A stretch of 64,000 nucleotides of DNA, taken from Paraspadella gotoi (taxonomy: Eukaryota > Animalia > Chaetognatha). This document shows, one piece after another, positions 24,151 to 35,893 of the stretch. The notes under the pieces are model-generated. The model did no database searches. It had not been told where the DNA came from and was given only the letters and a program-made list of their open reading frames with translations. Location: the NCBI GenBank assembly GCA_051294375.1, contig CM119265.1, forward strand, positions 11,409,818-11,473,817. Direction: 5' to 3'. A program made the position numbers and the translations under genes. Position 1 is the first letter of the stretch, and every line of letters starts with the position of its first letter.

Positions 24151-25179
24151 ATCAATTAGAGAGTGAGAGAGAAAGAGAGAGAGAGACAGACAGAGAGTGT
24201 ACGAAAACTAGCGGGAGAGAGACGGAGGGGGACGGAGAAAGACGGAGGGAGACGGGGAGAGAGAGAGAGCCTGAACTCGTTTTTAAACGATTAAGAAAAG
24301 GCAGCACCTGATCAAAAAATATTTTTTTTTATCTTTAAAGTTGATCGCTGCCATTTTCAGGGAGTTTCTATTCTATATTCCACATTAAGGGACTTGCTAT
24401 TTCCGTTTCTTTAAGAGGTTAAAGTCCAATCTCAACTTTCGCCATTTTCAGTCACCGAGAGAGAGAGAGAAAGAAAAAAAAAGAGAGTTGAATCGATCTT
24501 GTTTTTAGTCGCCAGGTTCAAAGTTTGATGTTTAGATTTTGAAAATTCCAAGTTTCGGTTGACGAAGAGTGAAGAGAAAGGAGAAAGTTATCATGTAATT
24601 AACATAAGGTAGGGTTTTATTTTTTTAAAATCTGTAATTCTGGATGGAATTATGATTCTTATCAAACCCCCCCCCACATTAGCCTTTTGTCTCTCCAAAA
24701 GGCGAGACACCGCGCTGTGACCAGACATGTGAACCAGAAACAAAAGTCAAACGAAAAAACCAGACTCCCGGCCTCAGCGACAGCAGAGCTGCTGCAGGGC
24801 CCAGTCCCGACGCTGCATCACTCTGTCGAAGTGCTGCTGAGCCTGGGAACGCGTCACTAGTCCCGAGAAACACCAAAACGAAGCGCCCCATGAGACGTCC
24901 CTGCAATGGAACCGAAAGAAAGTCTGATCTCCGGACCCGTCTCCGGCCCTGAGAATGACGCCGAGGACGACGCCGCGGGCGAAGGCTTCTGAGACCACCA
25001 TGGTACGCGTAGATCCTGTCGGAGCGTCGGCATCCGCTTCCAAAAAGAGCGCCTTGAGAATTGCCGCAAAACGTTGAGGCGAAAGCGGAGTAAAGGGCGG
25101 CGAAGGGGCGCAGAAAAGAAAACGTGAGACGGCGCTAAACAGTAGCGGACTTGAAGCCACTCCCTCAGAGCTGCAATGG

Positions 25180-26886
25180 AGATATGTCATCTCTCAAATC
25201 CTCCGCCCCGCGGGGCGGCTCTAGGGCGGCCCCAGGGGCAGACTATTCCAGGGGAGCAGCAAAATGGTCATTGAGGGGGGCGCCCTATAAGACCCAAACG
25301 TTTGAGGGGAACCCCCTGGGGGCCCCCTGGGGCCAAAAAAAGTCTGCCCTGGGGGTAACCCCTTGGGAGCAAAAAAAGTGCTCCCCCAGGGGCGAGTTAA
25401 GGAGAGAGCAAAGTTTAGATAAGAAAATATACTTTCTGACAATGTTATTGTATCTGAGAATATCTCTCCCTGTCTGTTACTCTCTCTCTCTCTTCTCTCT
25501 CTCTCTTTTTTTCTATCTGTTTCTTTTTCTCTCTTTCTTTTTCTTTCTCTCTCTCTATCTTTTCTCTCTCTCTATCTTTCAAGACTTGTTTTATGTAACT
25601 AAAAAAATATATATTTTTTTCAAATTATTGTTAACATGAAAAAATTTTTTTTATTTATGATTTGTAATTAATAATTGTTTGTAGATTGCCTCAGATGAAC
25701 TCACGTTGTTGAGGAAAGGCTGATGGTTTGAGAGAGAAAGTGAGCAAAACTTTATATCTAGCTAAGTCACACACTTTTCTACCCACTAACAAGATTTTAT
25801 TCCAATCCATATATCTAATCATGAATAATTTGAGTTTAATGCTAATGTAGGATGGACTTAAAGACTGATTAATAATTAATTAATTAATTAATTAATTAAT
25901 TTTTTATAAGTGAATTAAAATAAATAAACCATCCTACTATTTATTCTACTATTTAAAATTTATAGATGAATTAAAATAAAATTTTGTGTGTGGTAGAAAA
26001 GTATGTAAGTGAAAGTGAGTTTTAATAGAAAAACAAAAGTCACATTTACTTGAATTTTATTAAAAAATTTTCTCACTCTTTCTCTTTCTTTTTTTACAGA
26101 TGAAATTAATATTAGCTAATTGTTAATGATTGTTGACATTACGCAAGTTGACCAAATATGCAAGTTGACCAAATTATGACAGTTGACCAAATTATGAAAG
26201 TTTACCAATTATAAAAGTTTACCAAATTATAAAAGTTTACCAAATTCTAAAAGTTTACCAAATTCTAAAAGTTGACCAAATTATATCAGTTGACAAATAT
26301 GAAAGTTTACCAAATTATGAAAGTTAACCAAATTATAGTTGACTAAATTATAACAAAAATTACTAAATTATGCCAGTTGACCAAATTGTTAAAGTTGACC
26401 AAATTATGAAAGTTGACCAAATTATAAAAGTTGACCAAATTATATCAGTTGACCAAATTATGTCAGTTAACCAAATTATGTCATTTGACTAAATTATGCA
26501 AGTTGACCATATTGGTTCCAAATTATGATTGATTGATTAATTGAAGTGAAAGATATTATTTTGATTTTTATAATTTATTTTAATAAAAGATGAAAAAAGA
26601 AAAGAGATAGAGAAAGAGAGTGAGAGAGAGAGAGAAATAGGAGGGAGAGAGAGTCGTTCCAGGGGCAGGCAAATTCATCCCCTGGGGGTAGCCCCCAGGG
26701 GAAAGGTTTTTCAAGCCCCTGGGGGATTCCCTCTGGAGTGGCCCCTGGGGCCCAAAAAAAAGAGCTACAGGGGCCGCCCCTAGGCAGTAAGGATTTGCTT
26801 GCCCCCCGGGGCCCCCGGGGGGGCACCCGAGGGGCCGCCCTAGCAGCGCCCCCGGGGGAGGCGATTCTGAAGGATGACATACTTGG
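25180..26886. mobile_element. TIR element inserted in the YR ORF
   Basis: Imperfect inverted ends tatgtcatc..tca.aatc..ctcc..ctagggcggcccc; direct repeat TGCAATGG at 25172-25179 and 26887-26894 (probable 8-bp TSD); GC-rich subterminal blocks. Confidence 0.65.
26143..26510. repeat. 18-bp minisatellite (~20 copies)
   Basis: aagtt(g/t)accaaattat(g/a)a. Confidence 0.9.
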
Positions 26887-27684
26887 TGCAATGGGCCAAC
26901 GCAAAGACGCCGGCAGGGCGTCCACCCTGAAGGACGGGCCCATGTGCCCGGCACGATTTAACTTGGGAAGCTTGGACGGAACAAAACGCGCCCGCCTCCT
27001 GCATCGTGCGTACGTGTTGACGGTAGACAGGATATCTGGTGCAGAGAGCCGCTTCGAAATGCGGGATCAAACGCCCGTCGTGAACCGGAAGTAGAACGAC
27101 GCCGGCGAGGCGTGGTCCACCCAACGACGAAGACGCGAGGATGAGGAGGTTGTGCGAGACTCCAGTCTCTCGCCAACTCCCCTGACTCCGAGACGTGACA
27201 AAGCGAACGCCATTGCTTCGAAACTCAATCAGACGGCGACGCCGCTCCTTGGCGGCGGGCCGAAAGGCGTCGAAAAGCCGATCGACGTCCGAGTCGGACG
27301 TCACCTCTCCATCTCCCGATAAGGGTTAGTCCGGTTCCGGAGCTGAATGCGACGCCGTGTGCCGTCAAGGCGGTGAAGGCGACGCGTTGCGTCTAGAGGC
27401 CGAGGCAGGAGCCCGTGAGCGGGACTGCTCTCTGGAAGCGAAGGACTCGTCAAGGACCAGCGGCGAAGGGAAAAGCGAAGTGAAGTCGTCCATTCGATAA
27501 GAATCACACATGAACGTAAGCAAAAAACGAGAATTAGATCAATATCAAATCGAGGAAACCCCCCCCTTTCTTTCTAAAATATTCAGTAAAAAAGAAAATA
27601 TTTGAAACTATACACACACAGAAAAACGGAAACCCCACACCCGCGACCACACCTACCCGGAGGCGAAAGGGGCGGCGGCGGGAG

Positions 27685-27768
27685 AATGTGGGGGGGTTTC
27701 GATAAGAATCATAATTCCATCCAGAATTACAGATTCTCTATTCGAAACCCCCCCCCCCACATTAGCCT
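27685..27768 (+). other. Internal complementary region (ICR) of the second DIRS element
   Basis: 27685-27735 is the reverse complement of 24629-24680, and 27733-27768 is the reverse complement of ~31574-31606. The two halves overlap by ATT, reproducing the circle junction. Confidence 0.85.
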
Positions 27769-28492
27769 CAGTAACGAGAAAAAACGCGGCGTGTGAACAA
27801 AAATATAAAAATAAAAAACGAAAGAAAGAAAGAAAAAAACAAAAATTTGATGGAGGGGCAAATAAAAGAATTTGCAAACGACTTTGAATAAAAGAACCCA
27901 AATTAACGCTCACCGGCGGAAATCTCCTTCTCCCGGCGAAGCGAATCCTGCATTTCCTTGAAAACCCGTCGAGGGTGTCCTTCAAAATGCGAAATACTTC
28001 CAGGCCTCCAGCCGATTGCGCTCGCCTCCCAGGGCTACGCGTAGGCTGTCCACCCCCCAAACCGACACCCCTGGTACCGGGTTGCGGCGCCCCTGCGCGC
28101 GCGGCTCGAGGCGCCGTAACCGAGGTAACGGAAGACAGCGCCTAAAGCGGAGGAGGTGGAGAGAAACACCGACCGGGGCGCGAGGCATCTTGCGACGCAG
28201 TCGCGCCCACGTGAATCTCAGGGTCCCTCAAACCCTTGGTTGAAACCGAAGATTTCGTCGAACTGCGATCGCGCGATCCTTTTCGAGGTTTATCGCGCGA
28301 TTTCTTACAATCGTCGAGAGCAGACAAAGACAAGCGTGAAAGTTCAAAATTTGATATGAAAAGGTATAGGACTAAGCTCTGACGAACAAAGCCAGAGGTT
28401 TTTTTAATATATTCTTATACCGGCCAAGGTAGAATGATGGCAATATTGTTAATATTAAGTTTCAAAAAAATCCTACCATAAATATAGAAAAT

Positions 28493-29274
28493 GGGTCATT
28501 CAACTCAACTTCAAAATAGGCCAAAATGAAGTACAAATTCAGAAAGCTGAGCTCCTGCCGATTCCGAAAATGTATTCACTTTAAACATTTGATGCATTCT
28601 ACGCCATTTTATATCGGTTTTAATTATAATATAAAATAAAAGAAACCTATCAAACGAAAAGGCCAATCTATCTGATATTTTTTAAGAATTTTTTATTACT
28701 GAATTAGAAATATGTAATAGAGAGACATTTTTAAATTTCAACTTGTAATCATGGAAAATGAAACATTTTTCAACTTTAACCCCGAATTCTTCATAACTGG
28801 AACGCGTATCAAAAATGTCTTTCTATTACATTTTACAAAATGTTTTAAGATTGCTAATCAATTTTTTAACAGTCGTTTAGGCTGCAACTCTTCAAATTCA
28901 GTGTAGATTCATTGTAGCTCGAAATTCTTTACCAACTATTTAACTGAAGAATTTTGTTCATGACTGGAAACCAACAGAGTCACAAGATTAATTGTTTAAT
29001 TCTCCCCTTCTAAATTATCCCTTACTGTGTTTAAACTTCTTACCTAAATTTTTTAACAATCAGATTGAAAAACTAATCTTAAAAAATGTGCTTAACCCAT
29101 TAAACTTAACAATTTTTGTTATTTACCGATTTAAAAAATTATTGAAAAACAGAATGTTTACATTTAAATAAAAACGTTTTTTTTGGTGATTACTGATGAC
29201 TATAATGTATTTCTCGATGCATTAGCTCTAATACATCAAAGAATTACGCATTGTTATGCTGAATGACCTTCCTC
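28493..29274 (+). mobile_element. TTAA-site MITE (Kolobok-like termini) inserted in copy C
   Basis: gggtcattca..tgaatgaccttcctc|ttaa. Family ends ttaa|GA(AA/GG)AAGGGTCA(T/A)TCA also at 1733, 32618 and 36112. Confidence 0.65.
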
Positions 29275-29512
29275 TTAACCAAAATCCTGGAAAATTGACC
29301 CCTTCTTTGGAAGATTTTCGCCATAGAAGATTTCTCCCGAATCTGACTCCCGTTGAAAACTCTTAGAATTTCTGATCGTTAGCTCTCTTTTACTTTTACT
29401 TTAAATAAAAATTTCACCAAAATGGACTAATTCACTTTCCCATAATCGTATCAATATCAAAATAACCAAAATAAATGTAAAGAAAAATTTTGAGAGCCCT
29501 TCAGACATATGG

Positions 29513-30224
29513 TAGGAGTCTACGTCGTTCTTAGAAATCGAGGAAGACTTTTTCAATGGAGATTTTCGTTAAAATCTGACTAACATATGTCAACGCCCCT
29601 GGGAAAATTCAGGTAAAAAAAGATGTAAAAACACTCGATTCCGATCCTGTACATCTGAAGGGCTCGCATTTTTTTCTCTTGACAAATAACATCATTTTTG
29701 ACATCGAACCATTCGATTCAAATGGACTGGTCCGCTCGGAAAATATTTTTTGACGCAATTTTATATAATAAAATAAAGGGATTTTTCAACTTCAATACAA
29801 TGTCAACGCATTTAAGGAATGTTGTCATTTTACAATAAACTTTGAATTCAGGAATCCGATAGCAAATATGTCTGAAGGGCTCTCAAATTTTTTCTTTACA
29901 TTCATTTGGTTATTTTAATATGATACGATCATGTTAAAGTGAATAGTCCATTTTAGTGAAAATTTTTATTTAAAGTAAAAGTAAAAGAGGAGCTAACAAT
30001 CGGAATTCTAAAGTAGTTTCAACCGGGAGTCAGATTCGGAAAAAATCTTAAATGGCGAAAATCTTCCAAAGAAGGGTGGGTTTCCCAAAGATTTGGTTAA
30101 TATTTTCTATATTTATGGTCGTATTTTGAAACTTAAAAATAGCAATATTGCCATCATTCTACTATGGCCGATCAAAGAATATATTAAAAAAACCTCTGAC
30201 TTTTTTCGTCAGAGCTTAGTCCTA
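29513..30224 (+). mobile_element. TAGGA-terminated MITE, copy A (inserted inside copy C)
   Basis: TAGGAGTCTACG..AGCTTAGTCCTA, 712 bp; flanks catatgg / caatatgg. Confidence 0.85.
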
Positions 30225-30597
30225 CAATATGGCTATCGGATTCCTGAATTTGAAGTTTATTGTAAATCACAACATATGTTAATATGCGTTGACATTGTAT
30301 TGAAGTTGAGAAATCCCTTTATTTTATATATAAAAATTGCGTCAAAAATATTTTCCGAGCGGACCAGTCCATTTGAATCTGATGGTTTGATGTCAAAATG
30401 ATGGTTATTTGTCAAGAGAAAAAAAAATGCGAGCCCTTCAGATGCAACAGGATCGAATCGAGTGTTTTTACATCTATTTTTTACCTGAATTTTTCCAGGA
30501 GCGTTGACATTATTTGTAGTCAGATTTTAACAAAAATCTCCATTGAAAAGTCTTCCTCGATTTCTAAGAACGACGTAGACTCCTAAAAGGTAATAAT

Positions 30598-31317
30598 TAG
30601 GAGTCTACGTCGTTCTAGAGATCGAGGAAGACTTTTTCAATGGAGATTCGTTCAAATCTGACTACCAAACAATATAAACAGCTCCTGGTAAAAATTCTGG
30701 TAAAATATCGATGTAAAACACTTGATTCCGATCCTGTTGCATCTGAAGGGCTCGCATTTTTTTTCTCTTGTCAAATCAATCATCATCTGATATCAAACAA
30801 GCCAGAACAAATAGACTGCTTCTCGATGGAAAAATTTTCCATCTCTGATTTTATATAGAAATGAAAGGGATTTTTTTCCTTGAAAACGATATAAACGTGT
30901 CTGAGGTATGTTCCTGTTTAACAAATGAGGTCTAATTTTGGAATCCTTTGGCAAAGTATCTGAAGGCCTCTCAAAAATTTTTCTTTACATTTTATTTGGT
31001 TATTTTGATATGATACGATCATGTAAAGTGAATTAGTCCATTTTGGTGAAATTTTTATTTAAAGTAAAAAGTAAAAGAGGAGCTAACGATCGAATTCTAA
31101 GAGTTTCAACCGGGAGTCAGATTAGGGAAAAATCTTCTATGGCGAAAATCTTCCAAAGAAGGGGTGGATTTTCCAAAGATTTTGGTAATAATTTTCCATA
31201 TTTATGGTTGGATTTTTTTGAAACTTAATATTAACAATATTGCCCATCATTCTACCATGGCCGGTATAAGAATATATTAAAAAAACCTCGGGCTTTGTTC
31301 GTCAGAGCTTAGTCCTA
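30598..31317 (+). mobile_element. TAGGA-terminated MITE, copy B (head-to-head with C, 12 bp apart)
   Basis: Same termini, 720 bp; flanks taataat / taataaat. Confidence 0.85.
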
Positions 31318-31962
31318 TAATAAATATCGAAGGAAGTCCCGATAATATCGAAAAAAGCGCTAAAATAAGCGAAAGCGACTGATCACAGAGCGCAAAAAAA
31401 GAAGTGACGCGTTCCCAGGCTCAGCAGCACTTCGACAGAGTGATGCAGCGTCGGGACTGGGCCCTGCAGCAGCTCTGCTGTCGCTGAGGCCGAGAGTCTG
31501 GTTTTTTCGTTTGACTTTTGTTTGTTTCACATGTCTGGTCACAGCGCGGTGTCTCGCCTTTTGGAGAGACAAAAGGCTCATGTGGGGGGGGTTTCGAATA
31601 GAGAATTATGCAGTTTCTTTTTTGAAGTAATTTAGTAAAATAGTTATATTTCTTCTATCAAATTGAGCGTATTTCCAGATTTCTGTTTTTGGTTTTTAAT
31701 GCACGAGTTTCTTGAGGGAATTTTCACAGTTTTTTTTGCTGAGGGTTTGCACGGAAAACTTAATCCACGGGGAGTAGGGTGTCGAGTCGCAAAGAGGGCG
31801 TCACTTGTGGGGTATTGAAGGAGTGAAGAAATAGAGGGAAAATAATGGTGTATTTCGCGAAGAGTAGAAACGAGAGAATGTACCGCTAGACAAAATATAC
31901 TGAGGGGCAGGAGGAGGAAAGAAGAAGAAGAAGAGAATTGGACGGCAGGCTAAATCCTCCTC

Positions 31963-32618
31963 TGTTAAGTTAAATGGGTAAGCACATTTTTTAAAGATTT
32001 GTTTTTAAATCTGGTTGTTAAAAAATTCTAGGTAAGAAGTTAAAACACGGTATAGGATAGTTTAGAAGGGGAGAATTAAACAATTAATCTCGTTACTCTG
32101 TTGGTTTTCCAGTCATGAACAAAATCTTCAGTTAAATAGATGGTAAAGAAATTCGAGCTACAATGAATCTACACTGAATTTGAAGAGTTGCAGCCTAAAC
32201 GACTGCAATAATATTGAATTAAAAATTTGATTAGCAATCTTAAAAACATTTGTAAAAATGTAATAGAGAGACATTTTGATAAACGCGTTCCAGTTAGAAA
32301 GATTTCAGGGTTAAAGTTTAAAAATGTTTCATTTTCAAGGATACAAGTTGAAATTTAAAAATGTCTCTCTATTACATTTTTTTAATTCAGTAATAAAGAA
32401 TTCATAAAAAATATCAGATGGATTGGCCTTTTCGTTTGACCTGCAACTCTTCAGATAGGTTTCTTTTATTTTATATTATAATTAAAACCGATATAAAATG
32501 GGGTAGAATGCATCAAATGCTTAAAGTGAATACATTTTCAGAATCGCCAGGAGCTCAGCTTTCTGAATTTGTACTCCATTTTAGCCTATTTTGAAGTTGA
32601 ATTGAATGACCCTTTTTC
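31963..32618 (-). mobile_element. Second, truncated copy of the TTAA-site MITE
   Basis: Reverse complement of ~28493-29110; ends gaatgaccctttttc|ttaa. Confidence 0.75.
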
Positions 32619-33271
32619 TTAATAGCTTTATTTGGAAAATGAAAAAAAGTTTTTACGCCACAAAATTAAATGATATTAATATGGTTTTCTGGTCATTTTA
32701 CGCCATTCTACGCCACAACTGTATAAAAAAGGCTGGATAAATCTTTAAAACCACTTAACCGAATAGCTTTTACTAGAAAAAAGTCAGAAAGTCTTTACGT
32801 CACATCATGATATCATATTAAACGGTTTTACCTTCATTTCACGCCATTTTACGCCACAATTCTTTTCCAAATTTAAATATAAACATAAATATATATATAT
32901 ACATATAAATATAAACATGATATATTTTAAAATTTTTGATGGAAAAATCATTAACGCCACATATGTAACTAGGAAAAAAAACGTTTTGGCGTAGTTTTTA
33001 CGCCACCAGCGCCAACAAACACGTAAAAAAAAAGAAATCAAATCTGAATCCAATACTACTATGTATTTTCCAAAATTTTGGTTGAATATCCTTGACAGCA
33101 GTAAGGAGGCAGAAACGTTACTCCAAATTGACGTAAATCAGTTGGCGTAAATCAAATATTTAAAAGTCAAACTTGGAATTAACGATTAAAGTACACTTCG
33201 TTAGGCTTAATATAAGGTTTAAAACCATCGAATGAAGAAAATCAGTATTTTTAAAATTTTTGTGCAAAATA

Positions 33272-33428
33272 AGGGGTGGATTTTCTGAAGATTTTGGTAA
33301 ATATTTTCTATATTTATGGTCGGATTTTTTTGAAACTTAACAATAGCAATATTGCTATCATTCTACATTGGCCGGTAAAAGAATATATTGAAAAAACCTC
33401 TGGTTTTTTTCGTCAGAGCCTAGTCCTA
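33272..33428 (+). mobile_element. 3' end fragment of the TAGGA MITE family
   Basis: Matches 31160-31317; ends cgtcagagcctagtccta. Confidence 0.75.
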
Positions 33429-33663
33429 GTAATTCATATTTTTTTTATTTAAAAAAAAACTAAGTCCCAGTCAAAACTATAAAAGCGTACATAGTAGTTT
33501 TTATAGAAAAAAAGCGTGACGCCGCGACGACGACTACGTCACAAAGAAGCGTCCCCTTCGCATAATCTCGCCAAGATTCCTTGACGAGATAATTAGGTCG
33601 GCTCCACATCCCTGCTCACTACTATTGCAGACCGCCACGATGCCCACTCTCCCATCTCCTTAC

Positions 33664-33874
33664 CCGCAATCGAGTTCGGTGGGAGGACCAGTTCGCTCGG
33701 TGTGTCCCCGACTTCCTGTTGGAAGCGTTCGGCTATGAAGGAGGAAATTAAGACTGGCGTCAGCGTCTCCGGAGGGTCGTTGTCGCCGACTTCCGTGATG
33801 GGGGGCGGAGTCGAAGATCTCGGCTTCTTGGGGTCATCGTAATCGCCTTCGTCGTCGTCGCCTCGACGAACCAT
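33664..33874 (-). CDS. Bcl-2 family exon 1 (N-terminus, alpha1/BH4-like helix)
   Basis: MVRRGDD..ETLTPVLISSFIAERFQQE resembles Bak DTEEVFRSYVFYRHQQE. Donor g|gtaagg is phase 1, matching the exon 2 acceptor. Confidence 0.8.
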
Positions 33875-34652
33875 AGTTTCGTTTGGTCTTTAGTTTCTTT
33901 TTGAAGGCAAGGAAAAGAGACCGAGTGGGCGTGGCTTAGTTCTTCCCCAATATATTCCGGTTACTTTCGCTTTGGCTTTAAATCTCGCGCATCGATACAA
34001 GAGAGCGAACTTATCCCATGGTTTTTTGTTCTGTTCGTTAGTTGATTTGTTTTTCCCGTATTTGTATAAAAGATTACGTAGAAGCGAAAGTTGAAAAACC
34101 GTTTCTTAAAGGGAGAAATTTGTCATCTCTCCCTGACAAAAACAAATACCGCCAATGAACTAAAAGAAGGCAACGAAGGCGAGGCGTTGATGAAACAATC
34201 TGTCAATCGTAAAACCAAAAACATATCTACGACTAAAGTCTAAAAATCATAAACGCAACCAAAGCGACAAGATAACGATCAACTCGCGATGATCTAATAA
34301 AATGTAATAACGAATTCCAACACCCAACGGGATTAATTGCTTGAAAAAACAAAAACAACAATAACAATCGCCTGACTAGGTCCGTCCGTTGGAAGCGTTA
34401 AAAAAAAGGCCCTCGTGGTGAAAAAAAAAATGGAATGTTTGGAATTTTGGGTGAGTTTTGCTTTTGCGAAAACAGAAAAGCGTGGACGGGGGCAAAGTGG
34501 GGCAAGAAATGGTCCACTACCGCTGTATACGCAACACAGTATTTCTAAATTATAAAGCGTTGTGAAAATTGACGACGCAAAGAAGCCATTTTATAAGCGT
34601 TTTATTATTTTAGCGCAGGTTTTGATTAAATCTTTCTCCGTCTCTCTTAGTC

Positions 34653-35035
34653 TCACTTTCTTTTCTTCCCCTTTCCTCCTCGATTACTCTCATACTCCTC
34701 CTCCCCGCCTTCCCCTTCCTCCTTCTTTCCAGCCCCCTTCCTCTTCCGCCGCCGATTCTCTTCCATCTTTCTGCATTGCACCGTGACCAGCGCCACCTGG
34801 GCCGGGCGAAACTGCGGCTGGTAGAACAACGTAGACAAATAGAAGCGTTCGGCGGCGGTCCACTGGCGGCGGGCGGCGAGGGCGTTGGCCGTGGCGAAGT
34901 GCGCCATCACCGTGGTCGCATTGACGACGAGCGCGTGCGTAAGCGTGGTCACCGCGTCGTCGTGACGGCCCGCGCGGTGGAGGACGTTGCCGAGAGAGAT
35001 GAGAGCCACGTCGCTGACGTCCAATGCCCCGGGAC
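34653..35035 (-). CDS. TTC17: TTC17-like TPR protein, last exon
   Basis: DVALISLGNVLH..AHFATANAL..FYLSTLFYQPQFRPAQ..VQC parallels the TTC17 C-terminus (DVPLISLANILH..YESTLKLQPEFVPAK..IQC); acceptor aatcccag|, phase 1. Confidence 0.85.
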
Positions 35036-35700
35036 CTGGGGATTGGAGACGTTTATAGATTGGACCAGATCAAACTCTGAATCTTTGATTCAAAAAGTTT
35101 TCGCAAAAAAACAAAACATATTTAATAACTGTCCAGACTCAATTTTATATAAATTTTCAGCTTCATACACCCAAATTTAATCATAAAAAAGGCGATCTAT
35201 AATTTCGAACGCCAACGACGACGACGACGCCACTTATGAGCAAAACCAAAGCAATATCGTCGCAAACACAAAGCAATTGCGACGATAAAAACGATTAAGT
35301 GGGATGGAAAAGAACCGTTCCATGCTCTCGCCTCTCGTGTTATCACATCGGTGAACAAGCATGATAAAATATCCAACCCTGCAACTAAAGCGCGTGAATA
35401 TTTCTTCACCTTCCGCGCCGCCTTGGATAAGCCATATAGGAATGCCATAGATCTAGGCTGCGGTGAAGACAAACGAACCATAGAAGAAGCAAAGAAAATT
35501 GCTCAGAGGTTCCACATGACCCAGGCAGAAGACGACGAAAAAGCGGACAAAGCCGCTTCACCCTTCCTCTTCTTTCCTCCTCCTCCTGCCCCTCAGTATA
35601 TTTTGTCTTGCGATACCTTCTCTAGTTTCTTTTCTTCGCGAAATATACGATTTTTTTCCTCCATTTCCTCACGCCTTCAATACCCATCAAGCTTCCTAAC

Positions 35701-35893
35701 CCGATCCGATGACGGAATGGGCGACGGCGCGTCTGAGGCACTCGACGGCTTCCCCCACGTTCCCAACGACGCGCCAGTAGAGCGACGCCAGGTTAAAGAC
35801 GACCCACGAGGTAGAATTGCGTTCCAGCGCCAGAGCGATGCGGGCCCCGATCTCCTCTTCTGGGAGCATATTGGGAAGAGTGCCCCCGAGAAG
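35701..35893 (-). CDS. TTC17: TTC17-like TPR protein, penultimate exon
   Basis: EEIGARIALALERNSTSWVVFNLASLYWRVVGNVGEAVECLRRA; acceptor cttacag|, donor g|gttagg phase 1. Confidence 0.85.

Larger units (their letters stand above)
28367..30585 (-). mobile_element. TAGGA-terminated MITE, copy C (interrupted twice)
   Basis: Ends TAGGACTAAG.. / ..GTAGACTCCTA; perfect 7-bp TSD AAAGGTA (28360-28366 / 30586-30592). Confidence 0.85.
24629..31606 (-). mobile_element. Second DIRS1-like element (ITRs, ICR, tyrosine recombinase; no RT recognisable), interrupted by DNA transposons
   Basis: ~200-bp ITRs 24657-24857 / 31385-31606. YR motifs SDVDRLFDAFR, LLILASS, GSTR..AFARGV.L..ILRAGD.S.DQTFFRF at 27450-24890. 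Both ends are marked by the AAT trinucleotide. Confidence 0.82.
20033..33614. mobile_element. hAT-like non-autonomous element carrying nested insertions (13.6 kb)
   Basis: Perfect 16-bp TIR CAGGGATGTGGAGCCG (20033-20048 / 33599-33614); perfect 8-bp TSD CTCACTAC (20025-20032 / 33615-33622); GGAGCCGG subterminal repeats. Confidence 0.9.

Noticed and set aside
26143-26510. Regular repeat array as a possible CRISPR
   Set aside because: Contiguous 18-bp units with no unique spacers, no cas genes and a eukaryotic context; the same applies to 24059-24150 and 52945-53220
26890-27304. RT N-terminus in the second DIRS element
   Set aside because: Motifs fit the tyrosine recombinase better and join the YR C-terminus once the 25180-26886 insertion is removed
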